A stretch of DNA of 64,000 nucleotides from Eledone cirrhosa (Eukaryota), in the NCBI GenBank assembly GCA_964016885.1, contig OZ024762.1:17608001-17672000 (forward strand), given 5' to 3'. The notes beneath the pieces are model-generated. The model searched no databases, was not told the origin of the DNA, and was given only the letters and a program-made list of their open reading frames with translations. Below are positions 12,800-27,406 of the stretch, piece by piece (within the stretch, counting starts at the first letter, position 1; each line of letters opens with the position of its first letter). Made by a program: the position numbers and the translations under genes.

Positions 12800-15700
12800 C
12801 ATCAGTCCTTCATAGGCTGACCAAGATACTCTCATGGAATGACCAAATGAGGTTTATTTTTCAACATACAAGATTGCACAGCTCTAGCATCACTCCTTCA
12901 TAGGCTGACCAAGATACTCTCATGGAATGACCAAATGAGGTTTATTTTTCAACATGCAAGATTTCACAGCTCTAGCATCACTCCTTCATAGGCTGACCAA
13001 GATACTCTCATGGAATGACCAAATGAGGTTTATTTTTCAACATGCAAGATTGCACAGCTCTAGCATCACTCCTTCATAGGCTGACGAAGATACTCTCATG
13101 GAATGACCAAATGAGGTTTATTTTTCAACATGCAAGATTTCACAGCTCTAGCATCACTCCTTCATAGGCTGACCAAGATACTCTCATGGAATGACCAAAT
13201 GAGGTTTATTTTTCAACATGCAAGATTGCACAGCTCTAGCATCACTCCTTCATAGGCTGACCAAGATACTCTCATGGAATGACCAAATGAGGTTTATTTT
13301 TCAACATGCAGGATTGCACAGCTCTAGCATCACTCCTTCATAGGCTGACCAAGATACTCTCATAGAATGACCAAATGAGGTTTATTTTTCAACATTCAAG
13401 ATTGCACAGCTCTAGCATCACTCCTTCATAGGCTGACCAAGATACTCTCATGGAATGACCAAATGAGGTTTATTTTTCAACATGCAAGATTGCACAGCTC
13501 TAGCATCACTCCTTCATAGGCTGACCAAGATACACTCATGGAATGACCAAATGAGGTTTATTTTTCAACATGCAAGATTTCACAGCTCTAGCATCACTCC
13601 TTCATAGGCTGACCAAGATACTCTCATGGAATGACCAAATGAGGTTTATTTTTCAACATGCAAGATTTCACAGCTCTAGCATCACTCCTTCATAGGCTGA
13701 CCAAGATACTCTCATGGAATGACCAAATGAGGTTTATTTTTCAACATGCAAGATTGCACAGCTCTAGCATCACTCCTTCATAGGCTGACCAAGATACTCT
13801 CATGGAATGACCAAATGAGGTTTATTTTTCAACATGCAGGATTGCACAGCTCTAGCATCACTCCTTCATAGGCTGACCAAGATACTCTCATAGAATGACC
13901 AAATGAGGTTTATTTTTCAACATTCAAGATTGCACAGCTCTAGCATCACTCCTTCATAGGCTGACCAAGATACTCTCATGGAATGACCAAATGAGGTTTA
14001 TTTTTCAACATGCAAGATTGCACAGCTCTAGCATCACTCCTTCATAGGCTGACCAAGTTACTCTCATGGAATGACCAAATGAGGTTTATTTTTCAACATG
14101 CAAGATTTCACAGCTCTAGCATCACTCCTTCATAGGCTGACCAAGATACTCTCATGGAATGACCAAATGAGGTTTATTTTTCAACATGCAAGATTTCACA
14201 GCTCTAGCATCACTCCTACATAGGCTGACCAAATGAGGTTTATTTTTCAACGTGCAAGATTTCACAGCTCTAGCATCACTCCTTCATAGGCTGACCAAGA
14301 TACTCTCATGGAATGACCAAATGAGGTTTATTTTTCAACATGCAAGATTGCACAGCTCTAGCATCACTCCTTCATAGGCTGACCAAGATACTCTCATGGA
14401 ATGACCAAATGAGGTTTATTTTTCAACATGCAGGATTGCACAGCTCTAGCATCACTCCTTCATAGGCTGACCAAGATACTCTCATAGAATGACCAAATGA
14501 GGTTTATTTTTCAACATTCAAGATTGCACAGCTCTAGCATCACTCCTTCATAGGCTGACCAAGATACTCTCATGGAATGACCAAATGAGGTTTATTTTTC
14601 AACATGCAAGATTGCACAGCTCTAGCATCACTCCTTCATAGGCTGACCAAGATACTCTCATGGAATGACCAAATGAGGTTTATTTTTCAACATGCAAGAT
14701 TTCACAGCTCTAGCATCACTCCTTCATAGGCTGACCAAGATACTCTCATGGAATGACCAAATGAGGTTTATTTTTCAACATGCAAGATTTCACAGCTCTA
14801 GCATCACTCCTTCATAGGCTGACCAAGATACTCTCATGGAATGACCAAATGAGGTTTATTTTTCAACATGCAAGATTGCACAGCTCTAGCATCACTCCTT
14901 CATAGGCTGACCAAGATACTCTCATGGAATGACCAAATGAGGTTTATTTTTCAACATGCAAGATTTCACAGCTCTAGCATCACTCCTTCATAGGCTGACC
15001 AAGATACTCTCATGGAATGACCAAATGAGGTTTATTTTTCAACATGCAAGATTGCACAGTTCTAGCATCACTCCTTCATAGGCTGACCAAGATACTCTCA
15101 TGGAATGACCAAATGAGGTTTATTTTTCAACATGCAGGATTGCACAGCTCTAGCATCACTCCTTCATAGGCTGACCAAGATACTCTCATAGAATGACCAA
15201 ATGAGGTTTATTTTTCAACATTCAAGATTGCACAGCTCTAGCATCACTCCTTCATAGGCTGACCAAGATACTCTCATGGAATGACCAAATGAGGTTTATT
15301 TTTCAACATGCAAGATTGCACAGCTCTAGCATCACTCCTTCATAGGCTGACCAAGATACTCTCATGGAATGACCAAATGAGGTTTATTTTTCAACATGCA
15401 AGATTGCACAGCTCTAGCATCACTCCTTCATAGGCTGACCAAGATACTCTCACGGAATGACCAAATGAGGTTTATTTTTCAACATGCAAGATTGCACAGC
15501 ACTAGCATCACTCCTACATAGGCTGACCAAATGAGGTTTATTTTTCAACGTGCAAGATTTCACAGCTTTAGCATCACTCCTTCATAGGCTGACCAAGATA
15601 CTCTCATGGAATGACCAAATGAGGTTTATTTTTCAACATGCAAGATTGCACAGCTCTAGCATCACTCCGACATAGGCTGACCAAATGAGGTTTATTTTTC

Positions 15701-15843
15701 AACGTGCAAGATTTCACAGCTCTAGCATCACTCCTTCATAGGCTGACCAAGATACTCTCATGGAATGACCAAATGAGGTTTATTTTTCAACATGCAAGAT
15801 TTCACTGCGCTAGCATCACTCCTTCATAGGCTGACCAAGATAC
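12797..15843. repeat. 88-bp satellite, ~35 copies
   Basis: Unit GCTCTAGCATCACTCCTTCATAGGCTGACCAAGATACTCTCATGGAATGACCAAATGAGGTTTATTTTTCAACATGCAAGATT(G/T)CACA, with a few 66-bp deletion variants between the internal TGACCAA repeats. Confidence 0.97.
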
Positions 15844-16251
15844 ATATATATATATATACATATACATATATACATATATATATACATATACATATATATA
15901 CATATATACATATATATACATATACATATATATACATATACATATATATATACATACATATACATATATATATACATACATATACATATATACATACATA
16001 TACATATATATATACATACATATACATATATATATATATACATACATATACATATATATATATATATATACATACATATACATATATATATATATATACA
16101 TACATATACATATATATATATATACACATACATATACATATATATATACATACATATACATATATATATATATACATACATATACATATATATATATATA
16201 CATACATATACATATATATACATACATATACATATATATACATACATATAC

Positions 16252-16282
<31 letters not shown>

Positions 16283-16538
16283 CATACATATATATATATA
16301 CATACATATATATATACATAGTTAGAGAAGCAAAAAATTGCTTATTGTGATCCAGTTTTTGTATATATATACATATATATATACATATATATATGTACAT
16401 ATATATATATATGTACATATATATATATATACATATATATATACATATATATATATACATATATATATATACGTATACATATATATACATATATACATAC
16501 ATATATATATATACATATACATATATATACATATATAC

Positions 16539-16576
<38 letters not shown>

Positions 16577-16636
16577 ACATATACATATATATACATATAT
16601 ACATACATATATATATATACATATACATATATATAC

Positions 16637-16674
<38 letters not shown>

Positions 16675-16676
16675 AC

Positions 16677-16714
<38 letters not shown>

Positions 16715-16786
16715 ACATATACATATATATATATACATATACATATATATATATATATGTATATGTATATATATATATACATATAC

Positions 16787-16823
<37 letters not shown>

Positions 16824-16827
16824 CATA
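15841..16827. repeat. (TA/TACA)n microsatellites flanking the left TSD of the RTE element
   Basis: Simple repeat interrupted only by unique sequence at 16321-16361. Confidence 0.95.
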
Positions 16828-19827
16828 AACCGCTCAAACGAGGTTGTAGAAATGTTTGAACGTAAGGAGGTTGATGTCTGCTGCATCCAAGAGACCAGGT
16901 GGAGGGGCGGGTCTGCTAGATTCATTGTGGCTAAAAAACGATGCTATAAGCTTTTCTGGGTGGGAAATGACAATGGGCTGGGTGGGGTAGGAATCATGTT
17001 AGCAGAAAAATGGGTGGATAAGATAATAGACGTAAATAGAGTAAACGAAAGAATAATTAAAATAAGACTTGTTCTAAATAGAACTACTGTGACGATAATA
17101 TCTGCGTACGCGCCCCAATCCGGACTGCCTGGCGCTATAAAAGACACTTTCTATGAGACACTGATCCTCACTACCTCCCAAATAACCGACAGTGACTATA
17201 TAATTATTGCTGGCGACCTAAATGGTCACGTTGGACAACATTGTGACGGCTATGATGAAATCCATGGAGGCTATGGGTTTGGTACTAGAAATGAGGAAGG
17301 CTCCAGAATCCTGGAATTCTGTGACGCAAATAACCTAACAATCTGTAACACTAACTTCAAAAAACGAGACAATCACTTGATCACCTACAGATCAGGGGAA
17401 CATACCAGCCAGGTAGATTATATCCTTACCAGAAGACATGACAGAGTGACTGTTGTAAACACTAAATCCCTCCCCCATGAAGAATGCACCTCCCAACATA
17501 GACTGATAATTAGCGACCTCATAGTCAGGACGAGACATACTCGACAGCAGAAGAGGACTATCCTCAAGAGAAAAATATGGAAGCTAAAGGACCCCACAGC
17601 CAGAAATAAATTTCAAAGCATATTACTTGATGCTTTCGACAGTAAGGAAGAGCATTTAGAGTCGGACAATATAGAGGGACAGTGGGAATTCCTGAAAGCA
17701 AACCTGCTGATGGCGGCAGACGAAGTCTGTGGCCGGAGCAGGCCTATAGGCAGGAGGAGAGTAACTTGGTGGTGGAACAGTAAGGTGGAGGAGTCGATTA
17801 AGGCCAAAAAGCAGGCTTGGAAAATATGGCGGGATGGGGGAAGTAGAGAAGACTATCAAGTGGCCAGGAGGGAAGCTAGGAGACAAGTGTACATCACAAG
17901 AAGGGAAGCAGAGGAAAGAAAGTTCAAGCATGTTCTACAACGCGAGGACCAAAAACGTGAGGTGTTCAGGATTGCTAGGCAATGTGTCAAGGAAAACCGT
18001 GATATTGTTGGGGAGAAGTGTGTTCTAAATGATGATGGCGTGCTCGCCATCACTGACGCTGATAAGAAGGTCGCTTGGAAGTGTCACTACGAGAGGCTAC
18101 TAAATGAGGAGAATAAATGGGAGAAGGATAGTCTCCCCCAGATCGATCCAATAGAGGGACCAGCAGTGTTAGTTGAAGGTAGTATAATAAGTAAGGCAAT
18201 CAAAGATATGAAGACGGGTAAGGCGGCTGGGCCTTCGGAAATAGTTGCTGAGATGCTGAAGGCCTCTGGAACGGTGGGACACATCATGGTCACCCGGATA
18301 GTCAACCAAGTCATACAGAATGGGGTTGTTCCAAAGGACTGGCATAGCAGCATCATCATTAACTGTTACAAGGGTAAAGGAGACGCCCTAGATAGGAGTA
18401 ACTATAGAGGGATTAAATTAATCGACGAGGTCATGAAGGTCACGGAAAAAGTAATAGTGCAACTAATCAGAGAGAGAATCGATCTAGATGAAATGCAGTT
18501 CGGGTTTGTGTCAGGCAAAAGTACCACAGACGCTCTTTTCATTGTACGACAACTACAGGAGAAGTACCTAGCTAAAAGTAAACCCCTATACTTAGCCTTT
18601 GTCGACTTGGAGAAAGCCTTCGACAGAGTCCCCCGTTCCATTATCTGGTGGGCTCTTAGAAAACTAGGTGTTGACGAATGGCTTGTGAGAGCTATACAAG
18701 CCATGTATAAAGAAACAGTGAGCAAGGTTAGAATTAACAACGAATATAGTGAAGAGTTTAGCGTAAAAGTTGGTGTCCATCAGGGCTCTGTTCTTAGCCC
18801 CCTACTATTCATTATTGCTCTTCAGGCTATAACAGAGGAGTTCAAGACCGGCTGCCCATGGGAACTCCTATACGCAGATGACCTAACGCTCATAGCTGAA
18901 TCAATGGCCGAGCTAGAGAAGAAATTCCAAACATGGAAGCACGGCCTAGAATCAAAAGGCCTTAAAATTAACATGGCTAAGACTAAAGTTTTAGTTTGTA
19001 GGAAAGAAAATAAGGCGCCGGTCCCTTCCGGGAAATGGCCATGCTCGGTGTGTAGGAAGGGCGTAGGTAGAAACTCCATTTTATGTCCCAAATGCAAAGT
19101 ATGGGTGCATAAAAGATGTAGTGGGATCACAGGTAAGCTAACTAAGAACACAGATTTTACATGTGGCCGGTGCTCTGGTGCAATAAGAAGCAGCAAGTGC
19201 CCACAAAATACTAGCTCTTTCAACTGCGCAGAGGGTTCTATAGAAATAGTGGACAGCTTCCGTTACCTGGGTGACAAAATCAGCAGTGGTGGGGGGTGCT
19301 CCGAAAGTACAGTAGCTAGAGTCAGAACTGGATGGAAAAAGTTCAGAGAGCTTATACCACTATTAGCCGCTAAAGGGTTCTCCCTAAAAATGAAAGGCAG
19401 GTTGTATGATGCCTGCATACGAACAGCAATGTTGCATGGCAGTGAGACCTGGGCATTGTGTGCAGAGGATATACGCAGACTAGAGAGGAACGAAGCTTGC
19501 ATGCTCCGCTGGATGTGTAATAGATATATTCGCGAACGGCAAAGCATAAACGAACTAAGGAAAAAATTAGAAATAAGAGGGATCAGATGTTGTTTACTCG
19601 AGAGAAGGCTACGTTGGTATGGTCACGTGATGCGCATGAAAGACGACAGCTGTATAGCAAAGTGCAGGGCAATAAAGATAGACGGTAGCCACGGAGTAGG
19701 CAGACCCAGAAAAACCTGGGACGAGTTGATAAATTCCGACCTCACACACTTACACCTCTCCAAGACAATGTCACTGGACCGAGAGCTTTGGCGGTACTCA
19801 GTAATAGAGAAGACCCGCGTTACCTAA
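16828..19827 (+). CDS. RTE ORF: APE endonuclease + reverse transcriptase + PHD-type zinc finger
   Basis: [21 protein letters not shown] and SQVDYIL (endonuclease); [28 protein letters not shown] and YADD at 18871-18882 (RT); C4HC3 at 19042-19173. No internal stops in 999 codons. The first ~145 aa of the ORF-track entry are microsatellite. Confidence 0.95.
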   Translation, partial: NRSNEVVEMFERKEVDVCCIQETRWRGGSARFIVAKKRCYKLFWVGNDNGLGGVGIMLAEKWVDKIIDVNRVNERIIKIRLVLNRTTVTIISAYAPQSGLPGAIKDTFYETLILTTSQITDSDYIIIAGDLNGHVGQHCDGYDEIHGGYGFGTRNEEGSRILEFCDANNLTICNTNFKKRDNHLITYRSGEHTSQVDYILTRRHDRVTVVNTKSLPHEECTSQHRLIISDLIVRTRHTRQQKRTILKRKIWKLKDPTARNKFQSILLDAFDSKEEHLESDNIEGQWEFLKANLLMAADEVCGRSRPIGRRRVTWWWNSKVEESIKAKKQAWKIWRDGGSREDYQVARREARRQVYITRREAEERKFKHVLQREDQKREVFRIARQCVKENRDIVGEKCVLNDDGVLAITDADKKVAWKCHYERLLNEENKWEKDSLPQIDPIEGPAVLVEGSIISKAIKDMKTGKAAGPSEIVAEMLKASGTVGHIMVTRIVNQVIQNGVVPKDWHSSIIINCYKGKGDALDRSNYRGIKLIDEVMKVTEKVIVQLIRERIDLDEMQFGFVSGKSTTDALFIVRQLQEKYLAKSKPLYLAFVDLEKAFDRVPRSIIWWALRKLGVDEWLVRAIQAMYKETVSKVRINNEYSEEFSVKVGVHQGSVLSPLLFIIALQAITEEFKTGCPWELLYADDLTLIAESMAELEKKFQTWKHGLESKGLKINMAKTKVLVCRKENKAPVPSGKWPCSVCRKGVGRNSILCPKCKVWVHKRCSGITGKLTKNTDFTCGRCSGAIRSSKCPQNTSSFNCAEGSIEIVDSFRYLGDKISSGGGCSESTVARVRTGWKKFRELIPLLAAKGFSLKMKGRLYDACIRTAMLHGSETWALCAEDIRRLERNEACMLRWMCNRYIRERQSINELRKKLEIRGIRCCLLERRLRWYGHVMRMKDDSCIAKCRAIKIDGSHGVGRPRKTWDELINSDLTHLHLSKTMSLDRELWRYSVIEKTRVT

Positions 19828-20309
19828 ATACAAAGTAAAACCTACTACAGTCAGCAGGCATCTCTAACAAAATACACCCCGTCCCACCACCCCCACCCCT
19901 TTCAATGTAAAGTTATGTTGGTGCCACAAAATCCAGGCCGAAACAAATGAGATCGTGTAGGTGTCATGACAAAAAAACACACAGTCCACGCTGTAATGTG
20001 ACCGTGTAGGCAACAAGGTAAAAACCTCCCAGTCCCACACTGTAAATGTGGTTGGTGTTAGGAAGGGCATCCAGCTGTAGAAAACCTGCCAGACAGTCCA
20101 CGCTGTAATGTGGCCGTGTAGGCAACACGGTAAAAACCTCCCAGCCCCACACTGTAAATGTGGTTGGTGTTAGGAAGGGCATCCAACTGTAGAAAACCCG
20201 CCAGACAGTCCTATGCGAGCAAGACAACCACTCTTGCCTCAAGTGGGAAAACTCCCGTCCAAACCCATGCAAGCATGGAATACGGACGTTAAACGATGAT
20301 GATGATGAT
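16828..20309 (+). mobile_element. RTE-clade non-LTR retrotransposon, near full length, slightly 5'-truncated
   Basis: Single ORF, 3' UTR with an internal ~110-bp duplication and a (GAT)n tail. 56-bp TSD at 16306-16361 and 20308-20363. Confidence 0.95.
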
Positions 20310-21104
20310 ATATATATACATAGTTAGAGAAGCAAAAAATTGCTTATTGTGATCCAGTTTTTGGTTAAGAAAGCTAGTTTCATGGATGGTTTCAACGTAC
20401 GGTTAGGGGTAACTCCACAAGTTTGTAAGAATTCCGTTCAATCTTGGAGTATAAATTATAAAAGAGAAAACACAGGTAAGCATTAAGAGAGAAGGATTTT
20501 ATCCAGGTATTTACGACCGTTTCATTGGTAAGTGCAACCATATATTGCTATACTGCAAATAGCAGCCACTCAATTATAATTGTTGTTCACAGTCCAAATT
20601 TTCAAAATAGTAAGTTACTCTTGAAATAATTCTTAATATATAGAGAAAAACATTTATTTGGAATTGTATTTACTCGTATAGAAAGAGAGGAATCAGAAGG
20701 TTAGGGGACAGACGGAATAGTATATAGAGAGAGAGGAAGGGGGAAGAGGTAGGAAGTAGAGTGACAAACTGAGATGGAGGGAGGGGTAGAGGTGGAAGGA
20801 TTCCTTGGTCAGTTTTGATAGCAGACTTCATGTCGTGGAATGTAGTGAGTTAAAGAAAATTAAATTGATCATAGTGGGAGGGGGAGATATAAAGAGGTAA
20901 ATATATATATAAAAAATAGAGATAAAGATAATTATGACAAAAATAAAAGCAAAGAAATCCTTCTCTTAATGCTTACCTGTGTTTTCTTTTATACTATATA
21001 TGTATACATATATATATATATACATATATATATACAAGTTATTCCGGGTTCAATTGGGGGTAACCAGTAAGTAAGGTACTCAATACATAGCAGAGAATAA
21101 CTGT

Positions 21105-21237
21105 TTAATGTAGAAAAACTTCTACAGGACTAGAACTGTTTCATTCATGAGAAATCATCAGGAAGGTGACAGTCAGCTTCCTGATGATTTCTAACGAATA
21201 AAACAGTTCTAGTCCTGTAGAAGCTTTTCTACATTAA
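21105..21237. repeat. Fold-back element with hammerhead-like core
   Basis: Imperfect palindrome. The minus arm reads CTGATGA-TTTCTCATGAAT-GAAAC-AGTTCTA-GTC. Confidence 0.55.
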
Positions 21238-21270
21238 ATATATATATATATTAGTTATGTAATAAACAAC

Positions 21271-21399
21271 ATAAGATAATTATTTCATTTACCAGTGGTT
21301 TCTTGAAAGCAGATGTATCTGTTTTCAGTCGTCAGAATGAATAAAAAACAGATACATCTGCTTTCAAGAAACCACTGGTAAATGAAATAATTATCTTAT
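21271..21399. repeat. Perfect inverted repeat, ~55-bp arms
   Basis: ATAAGATAATTATTTCATTTACCAGTGG...TCTGTTTT and its reverse complement around a ~19-nt spacer. Confidence 0.9.
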
Positions 21400-21477
21400 T
21401 TAACTAATAAGCTCTGTAACCTACACAGAGCCCTCTTTTTTCCTGTACCTTTCTGATGGAAATACTTCACACACACA

Positions 21478-21552
<75 letters not shown>

Positions 21553-21624
21553 TCATCATCATCTTCGTTTAAAGTCCATTTTCCACACTAGCATGGGTTA
21601 GACGGCTGTTGTCCCACTTGAGGC

Positions 21625-21655
<31 letters not shown>

Positions 21656-21859
21656 CATACATATACACACATGTATATATACATATAAACCATTGAATGT
21701 ATCTTACATATACCAACTGAAACCAGTAAAAGAATAAAAGTGTTGTTGATATATTTGTATTTTTATTATCATTTCATCCTTTTTTTCATTACATATTCTT
21801 CAATACAATCGAAGCTATTTAAAATAAACCTTTTTGTAGTATATAACGAGGAATGTGTA

Positions 21860-22155
21860 TGTGTTGGAGCTGTATTAGTCCTGACAAGGAGTGCTCCTGT
21901 TGATGTGATCAACGGAACAACCTACTCATGAGATCAGTGTCTAAGTGGCTGAATATTCCACAGACAAGTGTACACTTAATGCTGAGATTCAGCATATGAG
22001 ACAAGACTGGCTCTTTAAATTACAGGTACAACACATCATCACCAGCTGAAGTGGACTGGAACAACATGAAATATATGTTTTGCTGAAGGACATTGTAAAT
22101 TAAACATGACCCTAGGATTGTGAGTCAAACATTTTAACCCCTAAACCATGTGCCT
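21860..22155 (-). mobile_element. Degenerate tRNA-derived SINE
   Basis: Minus-strand head GGCACATGGTTTAGGGGTTA and a central domain like the SINE at 35114. Confidence 0.55.
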
Positions 22156-22249
22156 TCATATTGATCTGCTATGGTGACATTCAAACACAAGTTTGGCATT
22201 GTTTGTCTTCACTTGTTCACAAGCAAACATATATTTGACACTGTCTGTA

Positions 22250-25200
22250 TGTGTGTGTAGTTCGCAGCCAACACACATTCTACATTGTGTAGTTTGCAAC
22301 CAACACACATTCTACATTGTGTAGTTCGCAGCCAGCATACATTCTACATTGTGTAGTTTGCAGCCAACACACATTCTACATTGTGTAGTTCGCAATCAAC
22401 ACACATTCTACACTATGTAGTTTGCAGCCAACACACATTCTACATTGTGTAGTTCGCAGTCAACACACATTCTACATTGTGTAGTTCACAGTCAACACAC
22501 ATTCTACATTGTGTAGTTTGCAGCCAACACAGTCTACATTGTGTAGTTTGCAGCCAACACACATTCTACATTGTGTAGTTTGCAGCCAACACACATCCTA
22601 CATTGTGTAGTTCGCAGTCAACACACATTCTACATTGTGTAGTTTGCAGCCAACACACATCCTACATTGTGTAGTTCGCAGTCAACACACATTCTACATT
22701 GTGTAGTTTGCAGCCAACACACATTCTACATTGTGTAGTTTGCAGCCAGCACACATTCTACATTGTGTAGTTTGCAGCCAACACAGTCTACATTGTGTAG
22801 TTTGCAGCCAACACACATTCTACATTGTGTAGTTTGCAGCCAACACACATCCTACATTGTGTAGTTCGCAGTCAACACACATTCTACATTGTGTAGTTTG
22901 CAGCCAACACACATCCTACATTGTGTAGTTCGCAGCCAACACACATTCTACATTGTGTAGTTTGCAGCCAACACACATCCTACATTGTGTAGTTCGCAGC
23001 CAACACACATTCTACATTGTGTAGTTTGCAGCCAACACACATTCTACATTGTATAGTTTGCAGCCAACACACATCCTACATTGTGTAGTTCGCAGCCAGC
23101 ACACATTCTACATTGTGTAGTTCACAGTCAACACACATTCTACATTGCGTAGTTTGCAGCCAACACACATTCTACACTATGAGGTTTGCAGCCAGCACAC
23201 ATTCTACATTGTGTAGTTCGCAGCCAGCACAATTCTACATTGTGTAGTTTGCAGCCAGCACACATTCTAAATTGTGTAGTTTGCAGCCAACACACATTCT
23301 ACACTATGTAGTTTGCAGCCAGCACACATTCTACATTGTGTAGTTCGCAGCCAACACACATTCTACATTGTGTAGTTCGCAGCCAGCACACACATTCTAC
23401 ACTATGTAGTTTGCAGCCAACACACATCCTACATTGTGTAGTTCGCAGCCAACACACATTCTACATTGTCTAGATTGCAGCCAACACACATCTTACATTG
23501 TGTAGTTCACAGCCAACACACACATTCTACACTATGTAGTTTGCAGCCAACACACATTCTACATTGTGTAGTTTGCAGCCAACACACATCCTACATTGTG
23601 TAGTTCGCAGCCAACACACATTCTACATTGTGTAGTTTGCAGCCAACACACATTCTACATTGTATAGTTTGCAGCCAACACACATCCTACATTGTGTAGT
23701 TCGCAGCCAGCACACATTCTACATTGTGTAGTTCACAGTCAACACACATTCTACATTGCGTAGTTTGCAGCCAACACACATCCTACATTGTGTAGTTCAC
23801 AGTCAACACACATTCTACATTGTGTAGTTCGCAGCCAACAGACATTCTACATTGTGTAGTACGCAGTCAACACACATTCTACATTGTGTACTTTGCAGCC
23901 AACACACATCCTACATTGTGTAGTTCACAGTCAACACACATTCTACATTGCATAGTTTGCAGCCAACACACATCCTACATTGTGTAGTTCACAGTCAACA
24001 CACATTCTACATTGTGTAGTTCGCAGCCAACACACATTCTACACTATGTAGTTTGCAGCCAGCACACATTCTACATTGTGTAGTCCGCAGCCAACACACA
24101 TTCTACATTGTGTAGTTTGCAGCCAGCACACATTCTACACTGTGTAGTTCGCAGCCAACACACATTCTACATTGTGTAGTTTGCAGCCAACACACATTCT
24201 ACATTGTGTAGTTTGCAGCCAACACACATCCTACATTGTGTAGTTCGCAGCCAACACACATTCTACATTGTATAGTTTGCAGCCAGCACACATTCTACAT
24301 TGTGTAGTTCGCAGCCAACACACACATTCTACACTATGTAGTTTGCAGCCAACACAAATTCTACATTGTGTAGTTTGCAGCCAGCACACATTCTACATTG
24401 TGTAGTTCGCAGCCAGCACACATCTTATATTGTGTAGTTTGCAGCCAGCACACATTCTACAGTGTAGTTCGCAGCCAACACACATTCTACATTGTATAGT
24501 TTGCAGCCAATACACATTCTACATTGTGTAGTTTGCAGCCAACACACATTCTACACTATGAGGTTTGCAGCCAGCACACATTCTACATTGTGTAGTTCGC
24601 AGCCAGCACAATTCTACATTGTGTAGTTTGCAGCCAGCACACATTCTACATTGTGTAGTCGCAGTCAACACACATTCTACATTGTGTAGTTTGCAGCCAA
24701 CACACATTCTACACTATGTAGTTTGCAGCCAGCACACATTCTACATTGTGTAGTTCGCAGCCAACACACATTCTACATTGTGTAGTTTGCAGCCAACACA
24801 CATCCTACATTGTGTAGTTCGCAGCCAACACACACATTCTACACTATGTAGTTTGCAGCCAACACACATTCTACATTGTGTAGTTTGCAGCCAACACACA
24901 TCCTACATTGTGTAGTTCGCAGCCAACACACATTCTACATTGTGTAGTTTGTAGCCAACGCACATTCTACATTGTAGTTTGCAGCCAACACACATCCTAC
25001 ACTGTGTAGTTCGCAGCCAGCACACATTCTACATTGTGTAGTTCGCAGCCAACACACATTCTACATTGTGTAGTTTGTAGCCAACACACATTCTACATTG
25101 TATAGTTTGCAGCCAACACACATCCTACATTGTGTAGTTCACAGTCAACACACATTCTACATTGTGTAGTTCGCAGCCAACAGACATTCTACATTGTGTA

Positions 25201-26475
25201 GTACGCAGTCAACACACATTCTACATTGTGTACTTTGCAGCCAACACACATCCTACATTGTGTAGTTCACAGTCAACACACATTCTACATTGTGTAGTTT
25301 GCAGCCAACACACATCCTACATTGTGTAGTTCACAGTCAACACACATTCTACATTGTGTAGTTCGCAGCCAACACACATTCTACATTATGTAGTTTGCAG
25401 CCAGCACACATTCTACATTGTGTAGTCCGCAGCCAACACACATTCTACATTGTGTAGTTTGCAGCCAGCACACATTCTACACTGTGTAGTTCGCAGCCAA
25501 CACACATTCTACATTGTGTAGTTTGCAGCCAACACACATTCTACATTGTGTAGTTTGCAGCCAACACACATCCTACATTGTGTAGTTCACAGCCAACACA
25601 CATTCTACATTGTATAGTTTGCAGCCAGCACACATTCTACATTGTGTAGTTCGCAGCCAGCACACATCTTATATTGTGTAGTTTGCAGCCAGCACACATT
25701 CTACAGTGTAGTTCGCAGCCAACACACATTCTACAGTGTAGTTCGCAGCCAACACACATTCTACATTGTATAGTTTGCAGCCAATACACATTCTACATTG
25801 TGTAGTTTGCAGCCAACACACGTTCTACACTATGAGGTTTGCAGCCAGCACAATTCTACATTGTGTAGTTTGCAGCCAGCACACATTCTACATTGTGTAG
25901 TTTGCAGTCAACACACATTCTACATCGTGTAGTTTGCAGCCAGCACACATTCTACATTGTGTAGTCGCAGTCAACACACATTCTACATTGTGTAGTTTGC
26001 AGCCAACACACATTCTACACTATGTAGTTTGCAGCCAGCACACATTCTACATTGTGTAGTTCGCAGCCAACACACATTCTACATTGTGTAGTTTGCAGCC
26101 AACACACACACATTCTACACTATGTAGTTTGCAGCCAACACACATTCTACATTGTGTAGTTTGCAGCCAACACACATCCTACATTGTGTAGTTCGCAGCC
26201 AACACACATTCTACATTGTGTAGTTTGTAGCCAACACACATTCTACATTGTATAGTTTGCAGCCAACACACATCCTACACTGTGTAGTTCGCAGCCAGCA
26301 CACATTCTACATTGTGTAGTTCGCAGCCAACAGACATTCTACATTGTGTAGTTTGCAGCCAACACACACATTCTACATTGTGTAGTTTGCAGCCAGCACA
26401 CATTCTACATTGTGTAGTTCGCAGCCAGCACACATTCTACATTGTGTAGCTCGCAGCCAGCACACAATCTACATA
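22250..26475. repeat. 32-bp minisatellite, ~130 copies
   Basis: Unit TGTGTAGTT(T/C)GCAGCCAACACACATTCTACAT. Confidence 0.97.
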
Positions 26476-26827
26476 CACACACACACGGTCTTTAGTAAAG
26501 CCAAATTTAGCAGACACATATGTATAGACATGCTCACACACACAATATATATATGTATATATAGAGATACACACAGTCTTTAGTGAAGCCAAATTTAGCA
26601 TACACACAAATCCCTTCATTGGCTAAACCAACGTAGAAAATACAGAGAGTGGGGGTAGAGTTTTTACCCTCCCATTGATGGATACATGTCGAGAAATGGA
26701 ATTTAATGGAGACATTGCTGTGGTGAAAGAAGACAGAGTGAAAGATGTGTTAAGTACTCAGTATGTAGACCCTAACCCACCCTCATCCTAAAGGGCCCAC
26801 AAATTAAATGTTTTGCTACAATATATA

Positions 26828-27017
26828 ATTGTTTCTACTTTTGGCACAAGGCCAGCAATTATCCCAGTGTATTACTGGTACTTTATTTTATCGACCCCCA
26901 TAAGGAGGAAAGGCAAAGTTAACCTCGGCGGGATTTGAACTCAGACCATAAAGGGCCGTAACACTTTGCTGCAAAGCATGGCGTCAGACCCTCTACCGAT
27001 ACTGCCAATCCACCGCC
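26828..27017 (-). mobile_element. tRNA-derived SINE (family with the GAGTTCAAATCCCGCCGAGGTTAACTTTGCCTTTC core)
   Basis: A-box-like head, B box GAGTTCAAATCC and the tail GGTCGATAAAATAAAGTACCAG...GGCCTTGTGCCAAAAGTAGAAAC. Many copies in the window. Confidence 0.8.
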
Positions 27018-27223
27018 CTTTTGCTACAATAAATAATATACAAGGGTGGGGCCTGTTGAAATGTTCAGTCAGCCTCATGTTTAATTGCCCCTCATCAACA
27101 GTTAAGTACAGTGAACAGACACCCTCATTAGCAGTTAAGTACTGTGTCCATCAGTCTTAATATGTAGGTATGTAGCTCCTCCACCCCCCCAATTAACAGT
27201 CAAGCACTCTGTATTCATCAATC

Positions 27224-27313
27224 TCAGTATGTAGGCCCCTCATCAACGTCATCATCATCGTCATCACCATAATCTTCTCCATTATCAAAGTAGTTCAAAT
27301 TGTAATCATTGTC
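27224..27313 (-). CDS. POLR3G: RPC7 coding exon 5 (last): DNDYNLNYFDNGEDYGDDDDDDVDEGPTY*
   Basis: ttctgcag acceptor, phase 0. Matches the RPC7 acidic C-terminus pattern NDY..SYF..G...D..TY. Confidence 0.93.
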   Translation of the reverse strand, partial: DNDYNLNYFDNGEDYGDDDDDDVDEGPTY

Positions 27314-27329
27314 CTGCAGAAGAAAAAAC

Positions 27330-27365
<36 letters not shown>

Positions 27366-27406
27366 AGGAGGTTATAGTTCACTTGAAGCATTGTGTAATG
27401 AGGTAT

